Assembly (NCBI GenBank): GCA_027604505.1
Contig: JADIIX010000008.1
Location: 124,001 to 188,000, forward strand
DNA: 64,000 nt
Reading direction: 5' to 3'
Source of the DNA: Gonapodya sp. JEL0774
Taxonomy: Eukaryota
This document shows, piece after piece, positions 50,006 through 63,800 of the stretch. Made by a program: the position numbers and the translations under genes. The first letter of the stretch is position 1. Each line of letters starts with the position of its first letter. A model generated the notes under the pieces. The model worked only from the letters and a program-made list of their open reading frames with translations, had not been told where the DNA came from and ran no database searches.

Positions 50006-50261
50006 GATGTATTTTTGAGGTATGCTTGAGTGGAGGGTTGTTCACAGTCGTACTGAAGTGAGGGGAAGTGAGTGAAAACACAGACTGAGAGATATGGGAA
50101 CTAGCGAATGTAATCTTGTGATGCATTTTATTACGCAGTTCTCTGAAGTGGCACCGCCCCTGAATCAGTCAGTTGAAATATTGGATGGGTTTGAGAGCAC
50201 ACCGCCACAAAATTCTCCGATATCTCACTTTCCCATCTCCCGACGCCGACTGCTCCCCGCA

Positions 50262-52354
50262 ATGTCTCGATTTCTTGTTCTCTTCGCGGCGTTGCTTCTC
50301 TGCTCAGCTCTCCAAAGCGTCTCAGGACAGCTCGTAGCCTGTACTTCAAATGATGACTGTACCCAGGGCTTTAAGTTTACTGCGCCGGACAACGCTTACA
50401 GATCGTGCTTAACTGGATACTGCTACTGGTGCGTGTGAGATTGGGGAGATTCGGTAGATTGGCATTTGTTCCCTGTCAGAAAGTTCAATTGTGGGGAGAC
50501 CAAGTGAAGAGCGCACTCATGTATCTACGGTTTACATTGTGAATTCACGGCGAATCTGATACTGGTGGATAAGGGCATGTAATAACAAGGTTAATCCGTG
50601 AGTTCGTGATGCGTTGATGCCCTCCGTAGCCAAAAAAATGTAACGATGCTCGAACTCGCTCTCTCGAACATCCAGAAAAGGATACACATCGGTGAGATGG
50701 CAACAGGCGTTGGCTCACTCTCGTCGCGAGTTATAGCTTATTGCTTCCTGGGGAACAAGAGTGTTTGCGATGGTGGAACGTGTGGATCGTCCTATTGTGG
50801 AGGAGCACCGTATAATTCCTCAATCGGTAGGTTCTCATTGACGGCACCAGTTTGCGTCTACGAGTGTCATGTGGGAGGCACTTGTGCAGAAGAAAGGTGG
50901 TGGACGAGGGTGTTTGTGGGAGAAAGACCCCGGCTCGAGCGACCGTAAACTGACCATGTAATAGCTCACGGATCGGTCGCATGCGGCGCACTACTGACTT
51001 ACTTCATGCGAGCCGTGAGATGGATAACTAATTGCACGTCCATTATCGTCATCGATGTCCTGCCAATTGTAGGGTGCCGCTACGACACTGGCACGAAAGC
51101 CCTCCGCTGTGGACGCACCTGTGATGACGGTGTTACTTGGAGTGATAACCTCACCAGCTGCGGTGGGACCCCACCCTCCTCTGGCGTCTCCGGAGCCCTC
51201 ATTGGAGGAATCGTCGGCGGAATCGTCGCCGTTATTGCTCTACTGGCTCTTGGATTCTTCCTCGGCAGACGAAACAAAGCGAAAGCTAATACCCGCTTGT
51301 CGACCGTGCACGATGGGACGGATGATAATGGTTCCGGGCTCAAAAGACCTTTGCTGGCGGTTGAGGGCCCGACGTATGCCAACAGTGATGTCTCTCAACG
51401 GTTGGCACCGCCAAGTCAATACTCCGTATCATCCGGGGGTACGGGAGGTACCCAGAGCTTCGTACTGCCAACAATGGGTCCAGGTGGTGCGTTACCGTTC
51501 GTTTTGATTTAGCTGCCAATACGTGTGACTCGGGAACTTGTTTACTGATGAACTCTTCCCACCTCTAGGCCAGGACGCGGGGGTGGCGAAGCCAGTGAAC
51601 CAAGTTTTCACAGCTGTTTTTGAATATGCGGCCCAAAACATGGTTAGTGGGGTGAGGTTTTTGATTGTCGTCAGCTTCTAGCTGTGATTGGTGCCTCTTC
51701 CGGTTTACAGGATGAATTGTCTCTTAGGACAGGGGATCAAGTGTTCGTGCTGGAGGCATACAACGATGGGTGAGTACGCGAGGTGATGAATTTTCATACT
51801 CCTTGGATGATGATACCGGGTGGAATTTGACAATGTGGTCCATCAGGTGGGCTTACGCTACGGCGTCTACAACTATGGCCAACTCAAATCCAACGCAGGG
51901 ATATGTACCACGTGAGTACCGCGTATTGCGAATTAGCCTCGCAGTTTATCGCATTGTAATGTCGCTTTCCGCAACAGTTTCTGCGTTGGTTTTGAATCCT
52001 GCGTCCCAAGTCACGTCCATCGCGTCCTCCCAAAACACTCACGAAAACCACACGTATTTTCCCTCAGCAGCCATTAACCTGGACAACTTCAACAACCAGT
52101 CAATGGCTTTCCCTCAATCGCAGGCCTTCTCTCAATCTCAATTTGTGTCGGCGCGGTCGATATCCCTGACCGCGAGCTCACGGAGACAACACCAGCCTGA
52201 AGTGCAGGACGTGAAGGGGCCAATGAGCGTCACTTCTTCGAGCAATTCCACAGCTGTAGGACCTTCGAGCGGCCCAGTCGGTAGTGGAAATTATGGACAA
52301 TCTGGAGCGATATTTACCCAGACAGGGATGAGGTATGGAGGGAGCGGTTACTGA
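50262..52354 (+). CDS. Single-pass membrane protein: signal peptide, Cys-rich ectodomain, TM, cytoplasmic SH3 domain
   Basis: MSRFLVLFAALLLCS signal; GALIGGIVGGIVAVIALLALGFFLGRR TM; SH3 motifs AVFEY..DELSLRTGDQVFVLEAYNDGW..GYVP across small exons. Confidence 0.85.
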
Positions 52355-52599
52355 CAACGCAAAAAGTCCCTTTTAAGAATGAGCTTTTCCATTGAAATGA
52401 ACATTTTTATCGAGTGCCTTGTTTCTGGGTTGAAACCCGTGCTCTTGACAGGCGATTCTTCTCCTTTGGTCGTTAGATAATTTCTGCAATACACTACTTA
52501 ATTTCACGATCTCGGCAGAATATAAGGGATAGAACTGCGACTGTGGGTCGTCCGGGCCAGTGTTTTGGAAATCAAGCGGATTCAGAATGTTGCAAATCC

Positions 52600-55332
52600 T
52601 CAATTAGATCTAGGTTCTCGAATAGTCTGCCATATTCTGTCAATGGTTTTCAGTTTTTGGCTAATTGTGAGTCGAGCATCATTCAGGTCAGCGAGGCTGA
52701 GGATCAAAGATTCAATGCATACCCTGAGAAGATCACTGCAGGTAAATCGGGTGTTCACTCACTCTTCGGACAGAATGGTTTCCACATCCGCAGGATCGAG
52801 TGGAAGGTATTTGACGTATCTTACATATAAGAAATGTGAGATAAAACAGGTTTGGGCAGCGCAACGGTCCTCAAGCAAGTACCTCCTCAACCCATAGAGC
52901 TCGCACAACATAGCCCCGTGATCTCGATACCCCATACCCGCAGTCAGACGACCACCGAACGGATCAGCAGTTTCCATAGCACGTATTCTTTCGGGATTGT
53001 TGTTGCGATTCAAGATCACTTCAAGCCTTCGAAGACATAAGCGGAATTCGCCAAAGGACTTGTCGCGATTAAGAATTCCACGACTGCGCTGAGCTTCACG
53101 AAAGCTTGTCCACAACGCATAAATGGCGAGGAGAGCAGGGATTGACGAAATAACGGCAAAGTTGAGTTCATTTTGGCTGAGGAGCTGCAGTGGAGGCGGT
53201 TTTACTCTAGTTGGCAACGAAGTGAATAATATTATTGCACTCACCTTTGAAATCGCGTTCATCGCTGTTTCGGTATCCACTTTAACCTTCTGAACTGCGG
53301 GAGATTGAAGTCAAGCACACAATTGTGATCAGAAAAATTCAACTCACCTTGAATCAAAACGCTGCGAAGCAGTTGCCCATGAAGTGCGCCGCGGATTGGA
53401 TTCTTCATGTCGGCCTCGTAAACCTGAAACGAAACGGCGGACGAACGTCTGCACGAGCGCACATTGCGCTCTCCAAGCCCACTCACTCACCTCAAGTACA
53501 GGCGTTAGATCCCCCTTTCTAGTTAAATCTGCAATTTGCTTCATTTCCAACTCTGATGGTGGGTTCGATTTGCGAGTGTCTCGAACAAAGCTGTTATTGC
53601 GAAGACGACAGGCTTACAATCTGTCAAACGTTCCGCATATCTGCACTGATCTCACTCGATAACCATTCGCTCCAGGCTCGACAAATCCGATTGAAGGGAT
53701 TCCAGTTTGAGTAGCGATATTTGAGCCTCTGGATCGTTACGAACGGTTTGGTACACGGTCTTGATCGGTTCGACTACCCACTGGCTATTAGAGAAAAATG
53801 CAGTGGTCAATTATGTCTGGGAATGCAGAGTGGTGCTTACCGCCAAAAGTCGTTGACAGTTGCCACAGCGTTCTCCACGATCTCAATGATTTCATTCCAA
53901 CGGAACTTGAGGCCTTGGAAAACAACCACAATCGCATAGCTCCCAGCAAGACCCGGGAGCCAATACCGCGTAACCGCAGAGGGCCGCTCAAAGTGTGCCA
54001 CGTTTGCTGCACTGACATGGGCATGCGACGACAATAAACTGATCAGCGACTTGAGCTCGTCAAAGGCTCCTTGCAGGGAGAAAGTGGAAGCGAATTGGCC
54101 TTTCACGATGGCAGCGAGCTCTTTCAAGTTTGGTGTACACATTGCGTCCACACTGCCATCTTGGGTGGCGGCGTCGACGATGCGTTTTTCAAACGCCGCC
54201 TCCCTTGTAAGCATTGCCCTCAAAAATCTCAAGGCGTCCGACACGCCACTAAGGGACAAAAGATCTTCGCCTTGGCTGGACTGAAATAAACGCGAGTGGG
54301 AAGTTCTCACCACTGAGTATCATCAATCCTATTCTGCAGAGTCTTCTGTGAGGTTTCACCACCATTCAGGGGCTCGAGTTCATAAACGTGTTTTGGTTCC
54401 GGGCCCTCAACTTCCAACAGTTCCTTTGACGGCGATCGACCTTTCGTAACGGCATTCAGTGCAAGAAGGCCACGGGCAGAAAGAACTCCCAGGGTCTCTT
54501 GCCGCGATGACTTAAGTGCTTCCAGAGCTCTTCGCCGAGAACGGATTTCATGGTGAAGGCGCGATTTCAGAGATCCGACGATACTCAACGGACTGAATCC
54601 AGCAATTGATTTCCTTATCCGGGCCTCCCCATGCAATTGTGAGATGGGCAGAGCCAGCGCTTCAATCACGTTGGCGAATCGAGAAACGTAGGGTATCGCA
54701 CGGGTTTGTGTAGAGAACGCGTGCGTGATGGTCGAGGCGACTCGAGAGAAATCATGGAACACCCGCGATGGTAGAGCTTTCCGTGCGAATGACTGTTAGA
54801 GGAATCATCCCTGCGTACTGTCACAAAATCTTTGTGTAGAAAACTCACTCTGTGCAAAATAAAACCAAGTATTGAAGCTCCCGAATTCAACTTGTCGCCA
54901 GAAGTCAATTCCGAGCTGGAGTGAAATGTCCCCTGCTTCTACCAGCGCATCATTCAATACTATACCGTAAACAAGGACAGAAACCCTCGCAAGGAACACC
55001 CATTGAGCATCAGTTAGCACCAAGGACTGGACATCCGAATGGCTTGAGAGAGGGTGGATTGTCCTTTCCACGTCGACAACCAAATGCGAGAGTTGACACA
55101 GAGTGGAATCATCCTTACTCAACCTCCCCGTGAGTCGGATTGCTCCATTTTTCTTGCCAGGGGCGAAGACAGGATGTGACAGAGCAACAAGTACCACCCG
55201 CAAATCGTCACCGATATCCAGATTTTCTTCATCACCTCCATCAATGAGCGTCTGAGAGATTTCATGTGCTGAATCGTTTCGCAAAAGATTGTCTAACCTT
55301 TCGATCAGAATGCTGGCCGGTGTCGAGGACAT
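52600..55332 (-). CDS. NCA2: Nuclear control of ATPase protein 2 (Nca2), multi-exon
   Basis: RPSAVTRYWLP, YEADMKNPIRGALHGQLLRSVLIQ, KVDTETAMNAI and LLSQNELNFAVISSIPA motifs. Confidence 0.9.
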
Positions 55333-55591
55333 TTCACAAACAGAATTGTGGAAGCGCAAGAATTCAATCGACATACGACACTCTGTTGCACTTCGCACAC
55401 ATTATTTTCTCGCTCTTTCTTTTCTCACGTCTTTCGCGGGAAAGAAGCAAGTCTACAAGATAACAAAGTGAAACGGAATGCACAATGATGTTCAACCACT
55501 GTTGGCCGTTTGATCAGGGGTTAAAGCAAGGCATTTCATACGCAGCATCAAGGGAGCATTCGAGCAAAGATTTACATGCTGAAGCGGCTCT

Positions 55592-58500
55592 TCATTTTAC
55601 AAATATTGGTACAGTGTATCCGACTACAATCCAGAGAGACACACCCCACAATGATGGGAAAAATTTTGCAGCGAGTGCATACGTTGTGCCCGGTGCCGAG
55701 CAGTCAAGAATGCCTGTCTCAACTATTTTCAAAAATTTGTAATTCACGTAACGAAGTCAGAAGAGTGAGGCCACGGAGCCTCTGCCACTACACATACCCA
55801 AGTCTTGCGCAAGTTCGTCGAAGCCGTCGAATCGGTTTTGCCTACAATAGAAAACGTGCGACATCCGCCCAGGCGGCGTTCGGAGCAATGTACCCATCTT
55901 GATGTCTTCAAAGAGTTCCAGACTCGTAGCTGCACTGAGAGCATCTGGCACACTCAGAGACGTCGGGTTCAGTGGAGGCTTTCGCCTTGCCGCTTTGTTA
56001 GCCGCCCGCTCCAAATCCCCCAATTGGCTCTGCAGATACGCAGAAAAATCACGCTGGAAACTTGTTTGTGGTACAAACAGTATATGACGACGATATCCTC
56101 GAATGGAAGTTATCATTGCTTCAATCAAGCATCTGTGTATGGTCGTCAATCTCAGAATCCGTGCATCAGCAGCTACCGAATGGAACTTACCTCTCGTCAG
56201 CAATGTAAGGAGAGGCGACAATTGGCAGTGGAGATGATATGAGATCATCCGGAGCATCTATGGATGCAAGTGACTGAATTGTCAGACGAAAATAGTTTCG
56301 CTGTCATCTTCTCACAAATAGGTCGAAAAGAACCAAACTGTTTTCGTGCTCCTACTGAGAGAAAATGTAACCAGCACTCGGGGTCGTTCAGGTTCCATGA
56401 AAAGCCTGGTCTAAAAGAACGTGAATCGAATGTTAGCATTGTTAACCTTGTAGTTTGCAACGATCAACAAACCTCAGGAAAATACCCGACTTTTGAATAT
56501 TAAAGTAGATATTATGGTGGTTGAACAGAGTTTCGATGCGTTCGAAAGCAAATCCACGCTCCCCTGCTTTTTGAAACCTCGCCCCTACCGTCGTGATGTG
56601 AGTGAAAGACAAAAGTGTAGGACATCCATTTATGCATACCTGTCAGAGAGTCCCAGTGAGTGACAACTACCGATTGATTGTATGAAGATATCTCCTCAAG
56701 TCGCCGAGAGTGTGTATAGTTGCTTTCATCGGCTGGATCAACAAGCGCACGGGAATTGTTCGAGCTGGATTGGTCGATTGTAACAACCCAGCAATAATTT
56801 CGAAGCTTCGCTGTATGAATTTCCTTGTTTTCATTGCGGAGGGCAAGGGAATCAGACCAGGCAGTTTGCTAACCTTTCCCGAGCGCCACAAATGCATTCA
56901 TTCTCAATCCCAAAAGTAAATCACACAGCAGGATACAGTGCTCAAAGGAGCCACCTTTCCCTCGCAAAATCATGGCACTCGGTGTCGAAAATTGCTGGTA
57001 AAAGTTTTCTGTGGCAACAGACGGGCTTGATCTCGCATGCGACCACATGCGAAACCCAACCCCCTTTCGATATGAGTTTTGATCGGTGAGATGCTTCGTT
57101 GCCTCTGAGTTGGGTAGTTTTGAGATAATTGTGCGCGCAATTTCAGAAGCCGTAGTCGCTGACTCTCCCAGAGGAATCTGCGCCACAGCTATCGCGGCAG
57201 CTGCAGGATCACATATTTGAAATGTGGAAATCGGACGCAGAAAGCATGGTAGAAAGTGGAAAGTGTTGGTTTCCGAGAGTCCGATAGACTGGAATGTGCG
57301 ACGTGGGAAGAGATCGTACAGGAAGTCAGCTATCCCTGTATAGTAAGTCCAAATATCGAAATTGGACTGAAGCAAAATGGAGAATGTTAAAGTGGTTCAT
57401 TCCCTTCGACTCGAAGGCATTCAGAACCTGTGCCTGAATATCCCCCTCGGAAGGACCTTCAAAACAACGCGTGAGAAGATCGCTTTTGAGCTGCTCTGGA
57501 TATTTTTGTCTCCACACTGAGAAAAGGCCGATGTTACGTCAAATCAACAACGTTCACGATTGATTACCAAGGCCGTACCTTGTTCGGGTCGTTCAAACGC
57601 GTCCACCAACTTGGACCAGGCATACCTTTCCAGTGTTGCATCGGCAAGGGATACCTCAAGCTCGATTGGCTCGAGGTGGTTGATGGCGTCATTTAAAGTG
57701 TGCATTTTGAGTACAAGAGCAAGTGAGTGGTGGGATACTAGCAGAATTCGAATCAGAGGAACGGACGCAATCGCTACGAGTTCGACATGTCTGCAGGAGT
57801 CGAAAAAAGGTGCTCGCTTCCCACACGTCTCCAACCGCATTGCGGTAACACGGATTACTCACGGAACTTGCGAGAGCGCCACATAGTCGAACAGAGCGAA
57901 CTCAAAGCTTTGCCGTTCAACCCATTGTTGAATATCGTGAAGCTCTCCTGGTGGAATAAAAATACTGAACGCGAGATCTTGATCCCATTGCGGTGATGTC
58001 TAGAGTCAAATAGGAGAGCGCTCGATAACGTCCATCTCCCCCAACATTCTACCACACCTTCCATTCCGTTAGAAACTTACAGAACCGATGAGGGCAGTTG
58101 TCTCCTGGGTAGTCCCTGCGAACGTGACCCTTACGAATGGATCTATCGACTTGCACTCAATGCCGATGCCAGGACGAACTTTTATCCTTTATTTGGAACG
58201 TCATTAGGATTTGCTGATTTCTCTTAGCATCGTCCGAGAAGAACACAAACCGTGTGTGATTGTCCAATCCCTTAGCTCCAAATATCCGCACCACTATTTT
58301 TCTTCGGAGAATATTGATATCATCAATAACTCCACGCCTAAGGACTTCAGAAGTGAGTGTATCAACCCGAGCAAAGTATGCCTCGGTATCATTTAATGAT
58401 AATGCCTCAAGATAGTCTTCCTCGGTGGGATAGAAGTTGAGAAAATCACGAGCAGCAAATCCCTAGTCTCAGATACTTTTGTTAAAGGTCGTCGCTAAAA

Positions 58501-59090
58501 CCGACTGGGCTCCCTCATGTGAGTGAATGGAACTCACAACTTCTGTGTCCCCCCCTCCGCTCCTGGTATCCGAAAGCTTCACCACGTAGCGGAAAGATTT
58601 TCGAGCACGAAATTGTGAAACGGTTTCAGGATCGGACATACCTCAAGTTGTGCTCTGTAATGTTCTCGGGCGGAGGACTGCCGCTCTCTTAAAGTGACCT
58701 CATAGTCCGCCACGAAATCTGTGAAGTCCTCAAAGTCCAGTCCCCCCGTGCAACTTGAATCATAACGTTGGATGATGTGCTGGCAATCTGAAGAAGCTAC
58801 CGGTGGCCCCAAACGGGGCTTTCACAATGACTTTTGCAGATGGCTGCTTTTCAGTGTAACCAGCAGATTCTGCTCACCAACAGAGAGTGAAGGTCTTTTG
58901 GTCCAAGCCTGAACTTTGGTTTCGATCGTGTTCCCGCCTTGGTTTCGTCAGAAGTGGCATATTGAGAAAACAACCTATGGGCCGAGAACTGTCAGGAACA
59001 GCACTGATATCATAACCAGTATTTTGAATGACTGAGAATCAATACGCACGTATTGAATCGGCGGATTTGGTAGTGCGTCAAGGTCGCCAT
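55592..59090 (-). CDS. CEP76/CC2D2A-family centriole/transition-zone protein with EF-hand, C2 and transglutaminase-like domains, multi-exon
   Basis: EF-hand YDSSCTGGLDFEDF; C2-like IDPFVRVTFAGTTQET; GGSFEHCILLCDLLLGLRMNAFVALG; terminal YALAAKFFPSLWGVSLWIVVG. Confidence 0.7.
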
Positions 59091-59209
59091 CGTGTTGCGG
59101 CGCACTTATCCAGAGTGAAGATTCGTGCACTCTGCCCAAAGATGGATTCATTGGAGGAATAATATCATAAATTCGGAATATCTGTACAATCTGAGTAGAA
59201 AATGGAATT

Positions 59210-60048
59210 TCATCGCCCTTGCGCCTCTAACCCCCCAACCTCCTTGTGGATCTCATCGTAAGCCTCTACAAAGTCGGCATCCGCCTTGCGCATCACCATG
59301 ATACACGATGTAGGTCGTTTAGTGGAACCAGCATGTCCAAGGTCTTCCTTTGACGGCACGTAGCAATATGGTACGTTTGCTTCCTCACAGAGTATAGGTA
59401 CGTGCGTAATTACATCGATGGGAGATATATCACCAGCGATGAGAACGACACTAGAGTGGGCAGTAATGCAATGTTAAGTATTTGTAAGACCGTCAAAGAT
59501 CCGAAAGTACCTGCAACCCACCCTTTGCTTCCTTTCCGAAGACCCTTTACAACTTCTTTGACACCTCGTTTTATACTCTTAGCCTTGGAAGCTGTTATAA
59601 ATAGAAAATCGGACGTTATCGAGATGGTCGGTCTCTCAAATGGTGTGGCCGTGGATATCACCTTTCTTTATCGTCTTGTAGAGCTTTTTCGTGAGCTTCT
59701 TAGATGCCAACGGCGACGCAATCGCGTTGACAGCTAGAACACGACTTTCGTACGACGGACCTTCCTCCTCGTCCCTGTCTTTGGAGACTGCCTTTTTCGA
59801 AGCTCCCTCCCCATCCACATCCATCGCATCCCCGCCACCTTCAGATTGTGGCTTCTCCTTGACCTTCTTGTCCTTCTTGGATTTTTCCTTTGGCGCCTTC
59901 GCAACTTCTGTTGAGTAATCGTCAACAGTTATGCCTTGGTTTGATGCGGGTTTTGAAACAAACCTTCGGTCACCAAAGTTTCAGAATCCGCGGCGTCCTT
60001 CTCCTTACTCTCCTTCTTCTTCTTCTTCTTTTCAGCGTCTGATGCCAT
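59210..60048 (-). CDS. NHP2: H/ACA snoRNP subunit Nhp2 (L7Ae family), four exons
   Basis: IASPLASKKLTKKLYKTIKK, KRGVKEVVKGLRKG, IAGDISPIDVITHVPILCEE and STKRPTSC motifs. Confidence 0.97.
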
Positions 60049-60168
60049 GGTCTTAGTTGCAAACGGGTTCTGGGAAGTTAGTTGAGCTCCTTTGGTCGTC
60101 CAATGGAGAAAAGTAAACGCACTGCTGACCTGCAAAGAAGGGAAACGTTCCATAAAACAATATTGTCA

Positions 60169-60719
60169 ATGTCGCTCGAAACAGACCAGCTGATTCCCCC
60201 ATACACGTCAGCAGTTAAAAAGCTGGATATAGTGAGCTACATTTCCGTCCTCATCTGCATTCTTCCAATCTGAGAATCCTCGGAGGGATCGGTCAACAGA
60301 TCGCCGAGCCTGGTGATAGCTCTTGCGTTACCATCTCGCTGAACGAGGAGGATCATACCCTCGGAAACACAGTCCGTTACATGGTCATGAAGAAGTGAGA
60401 GCTTCTCATCGCAAGATGGAAACTGTCATGAGCGAATTCTTCCCTCACCACAGCCCTGTCGTTGAATATTGTGGATACTCAATACCCCATCCTTCCGAGA
60501 CCAAGTTAAATATCCGAATACAAACGATTCGTGAGTTGTTGACAAGCTTCTGCCTGAGTTCAACATTTTACGTACAACTCTTCATTCCCCTCTTCAGCAA
60601 CAACGAAGGCAAACGCTGTTCAAGTTTTCGACAAAGCCTTGGACGATATTGTGGACTTGTGTGATTACGTACTTGAGACAATTGTGACAGAAACAGATCG
60701 TTTGGCCACCGAGAGTTAG
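60169..60719 (+). CDS. RPC19: RNA polymerase I/III shared subunit AC19 (RPAC2/POLR1D), multi-exon
   Basis: [41 protein letters not shown]. Confidence 0.95.
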
Positions 60720-60869
60720 CACTGGTACTGTTGTTCATATATTGTTTTTTCACAAGAAAACACGAATTGAAAAGCACTTATCATGTATTTGAGCATGTAC
60801 TAGAAGTTTTATATTGTTTTCCCACAATCGAACAAGTGGTTCTGCAACCAACCTGAGTGTGGACCTTGG

Positions 60870-63800
60870 TCACTTTTTCTTGGCCTTTCCCTTAACTTTT
60901 GCGCCTGAAACAAGCACGACGTTTGCATTGGCATCGAATGTATACTACTTGAAATGGTACAGTCTCACAAGCATACCTTCACTCCATTCACCGGTAAGGT
61001 TCAAGAGAGCTTTACACTCATCGACATTGGTGTCTGTTTTTCGCCTGTACCCCGAGACGAGCTTCGAAAGGTCAACTCTTTGCGCTGAATAATCGTGTAA
61101 AAACTTTTTCCTTTTGAGAGTGGAGTATGAGTTTGCTCCTGGTCGCTATGACGTTAGCATAAAAACTTGCCTTTTCTTGACCTGAGATGTAAGCAGCCCT
61201 TCGCATAGATCTCGCACTCTTTTCAGACTCTGCTCTTGAATTCCTCGCAAAGATTCAAACTTGCTTTCGATACGCCTCTGCACCGATTTTCCCAAGTCTT
61301 CGAAGACTGTTGATATTTCGGAGTCGTCAACACAATCATCCCCATAATCACGTGGGCTCGAAAAGTGCTTGCGCGATGTGACTTTCAAGCGATCGGTCTT
61401 CGTGTTCACCAACTTAGTGGATTTCTCTCGCGTAGGGTCTATTTTCCGTCTCGCCTGAACTCTCCGGCTGTTATTAAGTAACCGTTCTGTTTCCTCCAAA
61501 TCGGAATCCACTGAGGGTTCATCTTCATCTTCTTCTGGAGTCTGCTGTCGCTTTGTTGCTAATTTTTGCAGAATGGAAGTGGGCTTTTCTTTCGTGGGCA
61601 AAGGGTGTGGTTCAACTTTCCCCACTCCGGTTTTGTCGACTGTCAGATCAAATTCAAGAAAGGCTTGTAGAGGACAAAGATACTCACAATCCTCGTCTTC
61701 CGAAGTGATGTCGGAGGCTCGGATACTCAGTGAGAATCTCGACCTTTTATTTTCGTGTTTGTTCGCAATTGGTAAGCCTGGTCGGCGGACATCAGTCACC
61801 ATCTGATCTCCAGATCCAAGGATTGCAGAGAGCCTTACCTCCGAGCAGCTTCGTGATGAGCTCCTGTGCGGCAATATTGCCTCCGTGAGTCTCAAGACTC
61901 GGACTAACGTGCTGTGTCGGGTTCTAAAAAAACTGGTACATTAGCAATCAATCTGCAATACAATCGCGTAAAGTGGCTCACTTCCTCTTCTTCGTCGAGT
62001 ACGTCCTTTTCGAGGCGCCTTTTTGAGAGTATGAACTTCTTGGTTTTCTTCGCAGGAGCCCCGTGCAGAGCGGACTGGTCTTCGTCGTTGTGGCCTTTGT
62101 CATCACTGAAAAGATGCTGCAAGCTCCTCTGAAAGTTAAAAGTTTCTGTGACATTAATCAATTTCGCACCGATTCATTTATTGTTGTGGAGTATCACCTT
62201 TAGTGACGTGGCGACGCGTGAATTTGTCCGGTTTGGGAATGGTTTCAACGGCGCTGGTACGTTCCTCCCGACCTTGAACTCATCTATATCTTCATGTTCA
62301 TCAGAGCTCGTTAACTCGTCTTCTTCCTCTGCTGGTGGATTCTCTGCAATCTGGATGCTTTTGAATATCCGGTCAGTCTCTTCTCTTTTCTTCGCAGAGA
62401 GTGCTTTGCTGGTCAACTCCACGTTCTTTGATGTCATAAAATCGGGCCTCACCGGCTCGGCTGATGTTGGCTTTCGTATGGGCAGCTCGAACTTCGCAGA
62501 CTTTGGTGGTAATCCGTTCGTCTCCTTAACAGACATGTCACCTCGACCTTTTAACATACGGTCCTGAAGGCTCTTTCTGGTATTAATAGTGACTTTCAGT
62601 TTCTCTGATGTTTCTCTGACCGTTTCCTTAAGTGATTCTGCGACACGGATAGGGTTCCGCGTCGGGCTGCGCTTCGGGGGGTCTCTCTTCACACGTTCAG
62701 GCTGAGTTGGTTCATATTCAGAAACGTCTTCGCCGTCTTCGGAGATTGTATTTGACGGGGATGGAGGCACTTCTGGTTGTTTCACTGTCTTTCTCGTGCG
62801 TCCCACCTTCTCTCCTTGCGGGTGGGTCTTCGGCATTGCTCGTCCACCTGTTATTGGCGCAACTTTGAGTGCAATATCATTTTCCCCTTCGTCACCTGTC
62901 ACCGGGAGGGGAGCTTTCTGAACATGACGTGAAGGGATCTCAACAAGCTCTTCCTCTTGTTCAAAAACTTGTGATGTCACGGCCTTTCTGCGTCCCCGCC
63001 TGCCCTTCGATGAATCTTTCTTAGGCAATTGATCGTCTCCGCCTTTTTCTTGCAGTTTCTCTGCCAAAAACTTTTGTGGTTGATTGTCTCTCCCGGATGC
63101 TTGCTGGGGAGATTTGTTGTCATTTGCCATTACTTTTTGGAACGCCTGAGTCGGTTGCTGCTCTATGCCCCCAGTACGATCTGGCCAGCGCTTGCTCTTT
63201 TCAGTAATATCTCTCTCTTTGATGTCGCTGGAGTGAAGGTTAATTGATCTGCCTGTTTTCTTAGCGATCCCGTCGTCCGATTCCATCTGGACGGACACCG
63301 TGTTCAACTGCACATCACTCCCGTAAGTGCTTTTCTCTTCCAATCTCTCAAATTTTTTAGCTTGGGTGGTTTGTCGTATATTGCTCTTTATCTTCTTGTG
63401 GTCATCGCGCTCTCCCTGTTTCGATGTCCCTGACTGTGGCTCCTCAGACTTACTCCGTGTCCGTGTTATCGCTACGAGCTGATTAGCATTTCCTTGTGAA
63501 TCTACGGGTGGCTCAGATAGTGCACGGGTGGTCTCGGACGCGGATCCAGGAATCTTCCATGGAGGGGATTTCCGGTTAGAGGCAGCGCTGGCCAGCGCAA
63601 CTCGAGAGACGGAAATGGGGATAGACGTTTTGCGGACAATCTGCTTAGTGCAGTTTGTGAGATGCATGCTCACTAACTCAATGAGACGACTACTATTGAC
63701 AGACCACTCACCGATGATCGAAACTTGACGATCGTCTGGGCTAACTGGCAATCTCGAGCGTTCTCGAACTCTAAAACCAGCGTCTCTCCTGGTGCTAATT

